A stretch of DNA of 64,000 nucleotides from Coniocarpon cinnabarinum (Eukaryota): NCBI GenBank assembly GCA_051942205.1, contig JAVECO010000032.1:62001-126000 (forward strand), written 5' to 3'. Below are positions 52,967-63,794 of the stretch, piece after piece. Positions within the stretch are counted from its first letter, which is position 1, and each line of letters starts with the position of its first letter. The position numbers and the translations under genes were made by a program. The notes beneath the pieces were generated by a model that searched no databases, was not told the origin of the DNA, and saw nothing but the letters and a program-made list of their open reading frames with translations.

Positions 52967-53959
52967 TGGTGTAATTACAAAGGTTGCGTTGCTGTAGATT
53001 TGGGATGGCAGCAGCTAGAGTTGAGGGGTGGTACTCTGCGTGAAATTATGTCATTACACGTGATGTTTTTGCCTTACTGGGAGGTCAAGAGCTCTCTCTT
53101 GCCTGACAACTACTTGCAAGCAATAAGGCAACGGCTTTGTGCATTTTTATCATCCTTCTCACGCCGTCATCGCCTGACAATCAACGCCGTGGTGATGTCG
53201 GTCCGGCTACAGAGAGCGACCGTTACATTCAATAGTCTATCAATGATAGGCGTCCATGCAGACACACTTCGGCCTCATCTATACGTCCTGGATCTAAAGC
53301 GCTCACATAGCTTGCAAAGCCAAACGCGGTATTGTCATTGATCGTTGTGATTCGTGCAAGATAAAAGGCAACGGCTAAAAATGGACCGCGGAATGGGGGA
53401 TCACCCTTCAGATGCATTCTATCCTATCAACGATATCGAAATCGTCCATGGCTGGGATTGCTTCGATAAAGAATCTCAGGGAGCAAGTGATGTGAGACGC
53501 GACGCGTCGATGACGTCACGCGTCTACATGGCAAGTCTGACGGCCTCAACAATTACTGATTACCCTTTGTCTTTGCTTTGCATGCAGACATGCATTTTGT
53601 ATTGACTGTTGTACCATACACAAGAGACTCTGAACAACGTACTTGCAAACCTCAAAAGGTATACGCCCCTTACAGCTCGACCCACTGCTCTGCCTACCCC
53701 TGCAAAGATACTTCCCGTCTGCACCTTGGCCTCCGTCAATGCCACCAGCATACCAATATCATCTAATAACTCAGTAGAATGAAACGTTGTGGAACGCTTG
53801 GAACTGATATTCACTAGCGTGTGCGCTTTCCTTGAACTCGGCCGGCTTTGCTCGGAAAGCTCCCTTATCCGACATGGCTTCCATGCAAAGCCTTTAGCCT
53901 TAATGCGGTTATGACCAACGGGAACGGTCGTCGGCTTGTCTAAAGGGTGTAGGCGCTCG

Positions 53960-55204
53960 TTAGGCCGAAATATCCTCGGAAGAGCTGTTGGATTTTGTTG
54001 ACCTCGCAAACTTGTCTACCTCCCGAGCGAGAGTGTCAAGTCGACCTTGACCTGTTAGTTCCACATCTACTCGTGGGGCTCGGCTTCGCATCCAGAATCG
54101 ACCTCTCCGCCCTGCATTCCTCGGCATGGAGATTTCACCAGCGCCTGGCCCACGTATCCATCTTGGATAGAGCGAGGAACGGAAAAACGAATAGACCTTG
54201 TCCAGGAGAAAACGCAGTCGTGGAAGACAGGCCGTAATAAGATACATACCACCTTCGAGGCAGCTCAGCATCATGTTGGAAGCATCGTCTACGCGATGTG
54301 CATCAGTGAATTGGACAAGGTATCATTAGGAGACGTACGCTTCATGAGAGGCTTACTGACCTGGCGTCTCATATGCGCGTATGATATAAAAAGCCAAGCG
54401 TAGGCAGCCTCCAATTATGCCACTAGCGCGCCGTCAGCAGAAGACCACAACCATTAATCTTGTCCACCATGCACAACTCACACAGAGCCCACAAGGAAGG
54501 TAACGGCAAGACCCAACTTCTTTGCAAACCTCATCTTTAGACCGAAAATCAATGGCAATGGCAATACCATTATGATGAGGTCAGTGACGATATTAGGTAA
54601 AGTCATCCACGTGCCGAGGGTAATGTAATCGATGCATTTACGGTCCTGAGCTCTAGGTTCCCAATATGCTGAAATAGGGTGACAGACAATTATGACAGGT
54701 ATAAGCCACGCAATGCAGTTGATAATCAAAAGCCCCACCAAGACACCAGTAGCCATGTGTATCGGCGTGTGCATTTTAAACAAATGTAGGTATAAGCAAC
54801 AGATTGATAGCTTGGGGAGCACACAAGTGACTGGGTAAGCAACAGTGAGGATATAGCTCGCTTTGAAGACCGTAACATATAGCTTGTTCAGAGTTTCGCC
54901 ATCAACATCAAAGCTCGAAAGAGAGGCTAAGAAGGCGCGACTTTCTACTGGGTCATCTAAGCAAGCAAAAATCGGCTCCGGCCAGTTCCAACTTACCAAC
55001 AAGGCACGCGCAGCTCAACAGGACCAATGGCAGTGCCAGTAGAATAAGCATGTCGTCCCATCCCCAGGGCTGTCTGTCTCCGGCTGTTCTCACACTGACG
55101 ATTCTAAGGGAAACAACTACAACACTGACAATCATAATGGCGATCGCGCCATTTAATTGATAGTGAAACCAAGAAATGCCGTCAACAGCAGAAGACTTCG
55201 TCAT
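53960..55204 (-). CDS. PTH11-like (fungal rhodopsin-domain) integral membrane protein, no CFEM domain
   Basis: VSLRIVS..GWDDMLI, PKLSICCLY, CHPISAYW, NIVTDLIIMVLPLP..KKLGL, LEGGMYLITACLP; four exons with GT-AG introns. Confidence 0.85.
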
Positions 55205-55267
55205 AATCCTCAACCCGTGCGTAAAGTTGCATGAACCTGCAGCACCTGCAGCCTGTGTGTTCGATAG

Positions 55268-55289
55268 GAAAGAAAGAAAGAAAGAAAGA
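55268..55289. repeat. (GAAA)5 microsatellite upstream of the PTH11-like ATG
   Basis: gaaagaaagaaagaaagaaaga. Confidence 0.85.
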
Positions 55290-55309
55290 TATGTGCAGGG
55301 CCTACACAA

Positions 55310-56610
55310 CGGCGCAACTTAAGCTGCGCATAGGGCTTCTGAGTTCACGGCTGAGCTTCTTGATTTTTAATGTGTGACAACAGGCTCAACATGCGACGAG
55401 GCCAAACGGGGCGTTGCTCCCTGGTGGACTAGACCTTGGAGCGCCCTGACTTAAAACTCCAGACAATCTGCCCGCGTGTCCGTACGCAGGTGGCTTTACC
55501 ACTTCTGGAAAGTTCTCCTGCTACTCCGTCCGATCTGCACTGCAGCTCACCTCAGCCTGAGACAACCAGGGACGAAAGATTTCCAAGCACATTCTGAAGG
55601 AGATTCGAGGGCTAACACAGCGACAGTAGCATCCACCACGATGCAAAGCAACGTCTCATGGAGTATCGAGATTTTTGAAACTTTTGAAACATGCATTAAG
55701 CAGGGGTTGAGTCCTTCTGCAAGCTATCGTCCCTCAGCCTTGATCTTCTCAACATCTGAGCATCGATACGACTTTGCGTATCCACAACGCCGTTACGAGG
55801 TTGGTCATTCGAATATTACCCCCTATGAATGCAGGACACCTACAGGTCCATGCGTTACGACTTGTTCAGAGAGTCCCGTGGCTCCGACACTTGACTTAGG
55901 ATGAGACAGGCAAACATTGATTTGGCGCGCGCCTTACACGAACTAAGTCCCACCTACCCCAATCCTTCATCAGAGGAACATGAACACGTCGCCTGAATGC
56001 TTGAGGCCGTTCGCCATCATTCGAAGCAGAGGTAATCATGCCAATGAGAGTACGCTACGCTCTTCTCTTTCATGTGTGCCATTTTCCGTGTCACGCAGTG
56101 CCTTGGGGCCGAACTTGCCACTGGCTTACCTCGTTTCAGGAGACCAGAGCGGGCCACGCAGCCCGTCGTAGTCGCACAAACAACTCAATGAAGCGTGGTT
56201 ATGGACCTGACCTCAAACGAAGCAGCGCGCAGTCCGTCGCGCTGTCGGGATAACTCTTTGCGCCACTAGTCGTTGACTCTGCGGCCTTTGCTAGGTAATA
56301 GGCTCTGCAAGGATCTGTGCATAGCAGGCCGTGACGTGCGCTGTAAGCGTCATTTCGCCTAATTATGAGCGATGACTTCTTGTAGCTCGCTCACTTGAGA
56401 CGACGAAAAAGACAATTTGGGCTAGCTGAAGGCGCAGCTTAAGCCAACAAGCAAAAGCTGTAATCAGAGCGCGGCGGTACATGAGCGGAACGCGAATACA
56501 TACTAAACCAGCAGAGCAACGTAGGTGAATACATTGATGCCACGTTTCGAATAAACTCCGCATGAATATATCATGGCCCACTCTGCTTTCATTTTTTGTT
56601 CATTGCACAA
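55310..56610 (+). repeat. Copy A of a diverged intergenic duplication (partner ~61235-62435)
   Basis: Collinear matching words, e.g. gctccctggtgg/gctccctcgtgg, ccgtggctccgacact/ccgtggccccgacact, ccttcatcaga/ccttcgtcaga, tgaggccgttcgc/tgaggtcgtccgc. Confidence 0.7.
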
Positions 56611-56730
56611 CATCAACAGCCACAATATTTCCTGGCAACATCAACGGCTGAACCTCTCGAACAAAATCACGATCATCAAAGAACAGACGGCATTCAAGAC
56701 TCCTTAAGTTGATTACTGGCTCTTTTAGCG

Positions 56731-56981
56731 ATGTCTCATCTGAGCTCAGTGATCGCTGGAGCACTCACGGGACGAGGAGGCAGTAAGTCCTTGGGTTCAC
56801 ATCCCTGAGTCCCTAAGAAGACGTACTCACGAGTCTAGGTGGTGACGATAAAAAACGAGGCGATGACGCTAATCAGAAAGACAAGAAAGAGGATAACGGA
56901 AAGAGCGACGCGTCTAAGAGCACCAAGCAAGAAAGCGGCAAGGACCAGTCGGGCGATAAGCACCAAGGTACTCGGCGTTGA
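56731..56981 (+). CDS. Microprotein 1, 64 aa: MSHLSSVIAGALTGRGGSGDDKKRGDDANQKDKKEDNGKSDASKSTKQESGKDQSGDKHQGTRR
   Basis: Exon 56731-56782, intron 56783-56838 (GTAAGT..TACTCAC..TAG, phase 1), exon 56839-56981; TATA-like element at ~56566. Confidence 0.7.
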
Positions 56982-58063
56982 TCACTTCATTGATCATCTA
57001 GAATGAGTCTCAAAAGTTCGCTTGTCTCATTGCTGGCAGTGAGATAGAGAACTAATCCCCACTCCTACACTCGTTCTTCGAGACATGATCTTCATTTTCG
57101 TGAGCCTTCCTGATATTGTTGCATCTTTCCGTACAACAGCGCATAACGTGTTGAGAATTCTGTCTTGCCGGACACATAGAAAAGCTTAGGAAGGGACCTC
57201 GTGCAGGAGGACGTACATGATTGTAACCTTTTCCTTTCTGATACGTTTACACGTGGTGATACAGCCTACGCAGCTCCAAACCAAGGGAAGGTCCATTACA
57301 CCCCTTAGACAAGCCGACGACAAGCCGACGACAGTTCTCATTCGTCTCACCTGCCCTGAGCTGCATTGCTTGGAAATGAGCCCGTGCCAGGGAAGGGAAC
57401 TTTTTTTGGTAAAGCTAGCCAAGATCAAAGAAGGAACGCAGACATCAATCGTGGGCAATCTCCAGCGTTCTGGTCGATCGAGCCAGCCGTTGACGCATCT
57501 TGAAAGCATCTAGAGAGAGCTGAAGCTCTGTCCACGTATGGTCATTGCTATCCAGAAGGTCTCCGTAAGTCTTGAGAATGCATATCTGCGGTAAACCGCG
57601 AACGCAAGCATAAAGGGGTACGAATCCTTGTTCAACAGCTTAGAGGGACTGCTCTTTTGGGACAACGCAGGGCTGGGGGCCGCATACTCACTACGGAATG
57701 ATAATGCGAGTGATAACCAAGCGCACGAACAGGTCCTTTCCATTTTCTAAAAACGCGGGTACCCAGCGGCCCCAAGACCACAACTTCACATACCCTTTGA
57801 TGTTACCGGCGCGCAAGTCAGATGCAAACGATTCTAGACTGCTCGTGGTTGCTGATCGCGTTTGGGTACATCTCGCGACACCGAATTCACAACGAGATGC
57901 CACGTTGTCACGTTCAAAGCACACATACATAAGGCCGACGTGATCATCACACTGTCCAGCGTTCAGCAACAGCAGCATCATCTCCATCATCTTCATCTCC
58001 ATCTCCATTATTGAAAGCAACAACAACATATCCTAGGACAACACAAAAAGTCAATCAAACATC

Positions 58064-58332
58064 ATGTCCGACAGTTTCGCAGGGTTGCACATCAGTCAGG
58101 CGCTGGCGAAAGGGGGGCTCGGCAAAGGCGGTGAGTGCAGTGATTGATCTGATTGATTGCGCGCGCTCATGTGTGCGCCGCAGAGAAGAAACAAGGCGGA
58201 TCTGGTAACCAGTCTGGAGGCCAGTCTGGAGGCCAGCAGGGCAGTTCAGGGAGCGGTGGCAACACCGGCAACTCGGGCAATAAGGGTGGCAATGGAGGTA
58301 ACTCGAGCGGGAACAAGGGCAGCAAATCCTAG
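58064..58332 (+). CDS. Microprotein 2, 71 aa: MSDSFAGLHISQALAKGGLGKGEKKQGGSGNQSGGQSGGQQGSSGSGGNTGNSGNKGGNGGNSSGNKGSKS
   Basis: CAA-rich leader and atcATG context; exon 58064-58130, intron 58131-58183 (GTGAGT..GCTCAT..CAG, phase 1), exon 58184-58332. Confidence 0.78.
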
Positions 58333-58668
58333 GCCCACTGGGACTAGAGAAATACCTAGCCTGAGTGGATGTGAAGGCTGGGCTTCCTGGTGGTAGATAG
58401 GGCAGGACCCGAAGACTGTGACTTCATTACGCGGTTTGTCGTTTTTCCAGGTCTTGTTGTTGTCACTCAATGCTTCCTTTACCCACTGGTCTTCGATAAG
58501 TAACAACACGTATTTTGAAAGCTGAACCGTGACTGAAGAAGCAGACTCGAGCGCAGATGCATAGCCGCAAAGCTGCGGACACATTCGCGGAAACTTCTAG
58601 GGATTTTATTGCCACTGATTGTCTGAGGCATTTGCTTTTGTCTTGGATATCTTGCGTGTTTGACAGTA

Positions 58669-61138
58669 TCATGACCATAGCGACCTGAGAGCGCCAACAA
58701 GGCCCCATGAACTGACACCCATTGTACTGAGGATAAACCAGCCGAATTTAAGCAAGCTCCAAAGGATCAACCATATGATGTCGAGAATAATGCCGACAAT
58801 GCCGATGAGAATCCAGACCGGGATCATCGTCAATCGCGCGGTACAAACCATGGATTCGAGAGAACTCATTCGTGTTGATCCAAATATCAGATGATCTCGA
58901 TCACGGTATGTATACCATAACCGCACCGGCAAGTTTATCTCGTTGAGACAGAACTGGAGTATGGTGTCGAATGAGATCTGTTCCGAAACCTTTTTCAATA
59001 ACTCAGAAGGTTTGTCTTCTTTGGTGTTGCTTTCAAGGACGCGAACGCGGTGCCTGATGTGTCCTCTCGACCCTGAGATCAGTCTCCGAACATGGCTCAA
59101 TACTGTTGCGGAGCCCTGTTGTATCATGCGTAGGTGCTTCGACAGAGTCAGGCCCACCGCTGTCAGGAGCAGGAATATGATAAAGACCACCACCGCTGAA
59201 GGTAGGCTCGCCGCGTCGGGAAGCACAGACATGCTGTAGATAGACTAAAGGGTGAGTAGTTAGCACGAAACTAGTGAATCGAAATCCTTAGCAGGCACAT
59301 ACAGAAGTACAGGTCAGCGGTAAATACGCAACAGCGAGATAGGTCAGCACTGTCATTCTCTCACTTTGCTTCACAGATTCTCGGGCCTGTTTGGCGGCCT
59401 CACGCGCTTCAAGGACCGCAATGGTCGAATGCATCTGGACACCGAGGTTAGAATGAGAGCCTAGCAACCGCTGCTTCAACGTGGTAATACGCATACCGCA
59501 TCTCGCTGTCACATAGTCAGTAGCCGCCTCGCAGTTCGGGTCAAAGCGTACGTACCCTTTCTTTTGCCATCTTACTGACTCCTTCAACTTGCAGACGCAG
59601 CTCATCGAGTCGCTGCACTTCGTCCGCCACAGCATGCCTCCAGAATGCGATGCCTGCACCCTCGCGAGCATGTGCAGTGCTGACGAGTCTTGAGAATTGT
59701 CCTTGAGACAGTCGTTGCGAAAATTTCACATTTAAGCTAATCGACTCATCTAGCTCGTGACAAGTGGTGATGCTCTGATGGTAAAGCCGGGTGTTGGTGA
59801 GCTCTTCATCATCAAGTAAGTCGTTGGCCATCGACGCAGTCAAGTGACGTTTGAGGAAACCCAGTATCGCTTCACCATTTCTTCGCTGGTTTATGAGGCA
59901 AGCAGTGACACCACGGAAATACTGAGAAATAGGCGCTAAGCGTTCTGATGGCTCAGCATCTAGAGCAAGTTGTCCACCAGCATTAATGACGAGCACGGTC
60001 CAGAGACACTGGGGATCCTGCAGAAGTCGCGTCTCCTCGCGCTGCAAGGGCGATTCTTCAGGTAAAACAAGAGACAAAAGCACTGAAGTTGAGGCTTTCA
60101 AAAGGCATCTCTTTGCATTGTCGATCTTAGTGAACGACGCCAGGTCTGAAACAACAGAGCGATCCACCATGCCCACATCGTCATCTTCGACGTTGTTCAA
60201 CAGTAGATACGGTAAATGACAAGAGACTGTAACACGCTTGTATTTTCTCTGGTGTGTCTGAAGTATGTCAGCCTGTGAATGTCACAGCCACGGTGGCTTC
60301 GGCCGAGTTGTGAAGCTCTTTTAGGGCGTAACATACAGGGTCCGCATCAAGGGAGCCAGTAGCCTGCATTTCATCTGGACATTTGAATGTTGGTCGCAGG
60401 TTTAGATGTCGCTCAATGAACTTTTGTAGAAATGCGTAGTCCTCACCCTCAAGCTGGAGTGCAAACGTATGCAAGAGTAGCAAAGATGCGCGTTGCCCAT
60501 TTAAGGCGCTTTCTGTAGTGTAGCTAGATCGAAAAACTTATTAGAGAAGTCTTCTACCAAGTATGCCTATATCGTTACAACAGGACGAGCGACGCACACA
60601 AGGCGACCCTGAGCAAGACTGAACCCCTTTCTCGCATTTCGCTGCTCCACTTCATATTGATCTTCCAGATATTTGGGCAAAATCTGCAAAGTGCCGGTTA
60701 GGCAAAGCCGAAGATGAGAGCTGAGAGGCTGATCTGGTGACACAAGCATACCTTTGAGAAGAATAACAGGGCCTGAAGATTGGTGCCTTCGTTAAGGACG
60801 GGTCGACGATGATTAGTATTACCTAATGTGAACACTTCTTCCACAGCTGCTTGAGAGAGCAGCAAATCCGTGGAGTTGCTGTAATCCGTGCGGGCGAGAT
60901 CTGCACGAACAGCGAGTGTGAGATTTTTCAGCGGAGTTTGAGCGAGCTTGGCGTCAAACTCATGTAAACGTTTGCGTGATGAAAGGTACTCTATAATGGC
61001 GTACAAGATGTGTCTACAGTTATTGAGACTGGTCTGGTGATTCAATTCGAAATCGAACAAACGGTGGTCACAATCGGCTCGCTTCGCAGCAACAGACTGT
61101 ACCGATTTGGATATGGACTCAAAGTTAAAATCGTCCAT
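58669..61138 (-). CDS. Membrane protein with CorA-like C-terminal transmembrane hairpin
   Basis: Seven exons splice in frame, including a 9-nt microexon 59497-59505. ESVKQSERMTVLTYLAVAYLPLTCTS|SIYSMSVLP matches the fungal CorA-like TM signature; additional C-terminal hydrophobic segments. Start codon uncertain. Confidence 0.75.
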
Positions 61139-61234
61139 TCTTCGGCTAGGACAGCCGCGGTGTCCATTGAGTTCATTTTGCGTCACAAGTAAAGACAGGC
61201 CAGCATATATTGCAAGAATATTCTACCTCACATG

Positions 61235-62435
61235 AGGCGCAGTTGTGCAAATGCGCAGACGGCCAACTTTCTCAGCGAGGGTGGAAGCGTTTGCATGAGG
61301 CAAGTAAAAGGCACCTAGACCAAGCTAATTCAGCCGCATGGCTCCCTCGTGGCAGGGCTGAGGTGACTTGCATGAGTTGGAATTGCAACAGACCAATACG
61401 GTAGATCACATAGTGCACCTGTTTTGCGTGATTGGCCAAGGTGCATGTGCACAGCCGCACAGGATTGCACAAGTTTCGTTAAACACGGCTGAAAGTGCAC
61501 AGCCTCGAACGCAAGAGAAGAAGCTGTGAGGCGTCGAAATTGAGGCTCATAATGAGAGCTCACACTCGCGAAGACAGCCGTATGAAAACAATAATGCACT
61601 TGGTCGAGCAGCAATGGGGTTTGTTATCGGTGAAAAAGTCAATCAGTGCACTATCGCATTCCAAGGTTTGCCCGTCCCCCAAGCGCGCTAGGCTGAATGT
61701 GAGCTAGCTTATACCTCAACCTCGGAAAGGCAGGGTAGGTATGATACTTGCAATCGTGGTTCAAAACTTCTACTACTACGACATGCTTTCTCGGCTCAAC
61801 TACGCGACAACTTACGCGGGACACTCTCAAGCCCGAATGTCGCGACTTACGCCACTTCTTGGAGCTCACTCAAATGGGAGCTCCGTGGCCCCGACACTCG
61901 ATTCAGCACGGCCAGCCGGCGTAATCTGAGACGGGCCCTACACGTTTCAAATCCCAGCAACTCCCATACCTTCGTCAGAAGACTAAACACATGTTGCACG
62001 GATGTCTGAGGTCGTCCGCACTCGTTTTGAGTCTAGAGAAAAATGCTGAGGAAGGTATGCCACGCTGCCGTGTGTTGAAAAGAAGACATGGATGTAGGGC
62101 ATGTTGAAAGCCTTCGCTTAACACCATGGACTCCGACCGCGTGAAATAGTTAATGCTAGATGGCTCAACGGAGATTCTGCCCGAGATCGCGACTACATCA
62201 TTCGACGTATCTCAGCTCGATAGCATCGATCCTAGCGCTCCTGCTTCGTAAAACCAGAATGCCACATGGCTCCTCTATCGTTGACCACGTTCTCAGCTGC
62301 TAAAGCTCAACTATTCGTGTGCGTAACTCAAAGGCCTCCAGTCGTACTTACTGAGACACGACACGTCTCAAACCTTGTGCCTGAAGGATATAAATGTACC
62401 TTGCGAAGGCCCTGTTTTTTCATTCGGCAACACGA
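61235..62435 (+). repeat. Copy B of the diverged intergenic duplication (partner ~55310-56610)
   Basis: Same collinear matching words as copy A, ending at a TATAAA box (~62389). Confidence 0.7.
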
Positions 62436-62515
62436 TCCACATCTGCATCTCCTTCACGTATTCACAAAGCCGTCAAGAGCTACAAGCCTGATTCTTACTC
62501 TAAGCTGCTACACCC

Positions 62516-62767
62516 ATGCCTTTCCCTGACGTGCTTGCTACAGTCGGAGGCATCGTAGGTGCAGGTGGGTCTCTAGCTCTCGATTGTCTGGGGAGAGATG
62601 CACTGACAAGTCCAGGCGCCGGCGGGCATGGTGGCGGCGGAGACAAAAACGACGGGTCCAAAAAGGACGGAGGTAAAAATGATGGAGGCAACGGTGGCAA
62701 GAATACCGACAACAGCAGCTCTAGTGATAAAAGCGGAGGCAAGCACTCTAGCGACAACTCAAAATGA
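62516..62767 (+). CDS. Microprotein 3, 66 aa spliced: MPFPDVLATVGGIVGAGAGGHGGGGDKNDGSKKDGGKNDGGNGGKNTDNSSSSDKSGGKHSSDNSK
   Basis: Exon 62516-62564, intron 62565-62615 (GTGGGT..ACTGAC..CAG, phase 1, 51 nt, stop-free), exon 62616-62767; TATAAA ~125 nt upstream. Confidence 0.78.
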   Translation: MPFPDVLATVGGIVGAGGSLALDCLGRDALTSPGAGGHGGGGDKNDGSKKDGGKNDGGNGGKNTDNSSSSDKSGGKHSSDNSK

Positions 62768-63794
62768 GGGGTCAAGAGCCAAAGCAATCGACCGAGGTTT
62801 TGCCCATGTCGTGATCTGAACGCGTGGCAGGTCTCTCATGTGGTCCAGCCTTGCTGCCAGCAGTGAGATATGGCTTGGCCAGGCGTAGTCTTAAGCTAAG
62901 TTCTTCGAATCTTTGAGAACCGAAATATCTTGACCTTGCGACTTGTTCTCGAAGAGAGGTGGAGGCCACGGTCCCAAGCTTCTGGCCTATTGCTTGAGTC
63001 ACGATCGTGAACTTCCAGTAAAAGACATGTGGTCTGAAGAAATACAGAAATGAGGGGATGAGGCACGGCCAGAAGGCCAGTTTTAAACAAGTAGTTGCGT
63101 TAACCATCGTAGACATGGCATGTGTAGCTCCAAGCCTACAGAAGCATTTACTCAGCAGTCTGTGTAACGATGAAATCAAGAACGACGATGCGAGATGGAC
63201 CCGTCGTGGAGTGAAGGAGGTGACCACACGGTCAATGTTGCTAGAGTGAGGCACGCCTACCGTATAGCATTAATCACCATTGTAAAGCTATCTACTAGTT
63301 TACGAAAAGACAGTGCACGACCGTAGCCAACGTGTCTAAACCGTAACAAAGCAATGCAGATTGGCTGGGAGGACGCAAGGCTCCGAGCCAGCAACTTCAG
63401 ATATAAGCTCCCGCTCTAAAGGAGAAAAAGTTCATCAAAACGGGTCTTACTTGAAGAAGTATTGCTGCAGTGTCATACGATGGAGATTTGCTCGAGCAAG
63501 AGATCTTTGTAGCATTGGCATGGTCCGCAATGCCTTCATGAAGCCCTGAAACCAGTGAGCACTGAAAAACATGACTGCTGAATTGCATCTCATGCCAACT
63601 CCATGGCACCTGTCCTTGCGCTCCTCTTTCGTGACAGGGAAAGACTGGCTTTCAAGTAAATAGAAAGACAGTCAGTATTACAGAAATTGTACATAGCTAC
63701 ATGTCAGAAGTAGTCGTGCACCTCTTCCTAGCCGTTCATAAGAAGTGGAGTTCGTTGACGAATACCTAAAAAACACAGGGAAACCGAGGTTTTC

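Noticed and set aside
55476..55904. 142-aa ORF with a signal-peptide-like start, sharing VAPTLD with ORF 61741-61929
   Set aside because: Non-ATG start and lies within the duplicated intergenic region; the partner copy does not preserve the frame beyond a few codons, so the shared peptide reflects DNA homology.
57960..58030. CAG/CAT/CAA-rich tract giving an MEMEMKMMEMM ORF on the minus strand
   Set aside because: Better explained as the CA-rich 5' UTR of microprotein 2.
62772..63700. Short ORFs between microprotein 3 and the NLR-like end
   Set aside because: No recognisable domain or splice-consistent model, and no fourth microprotein found.
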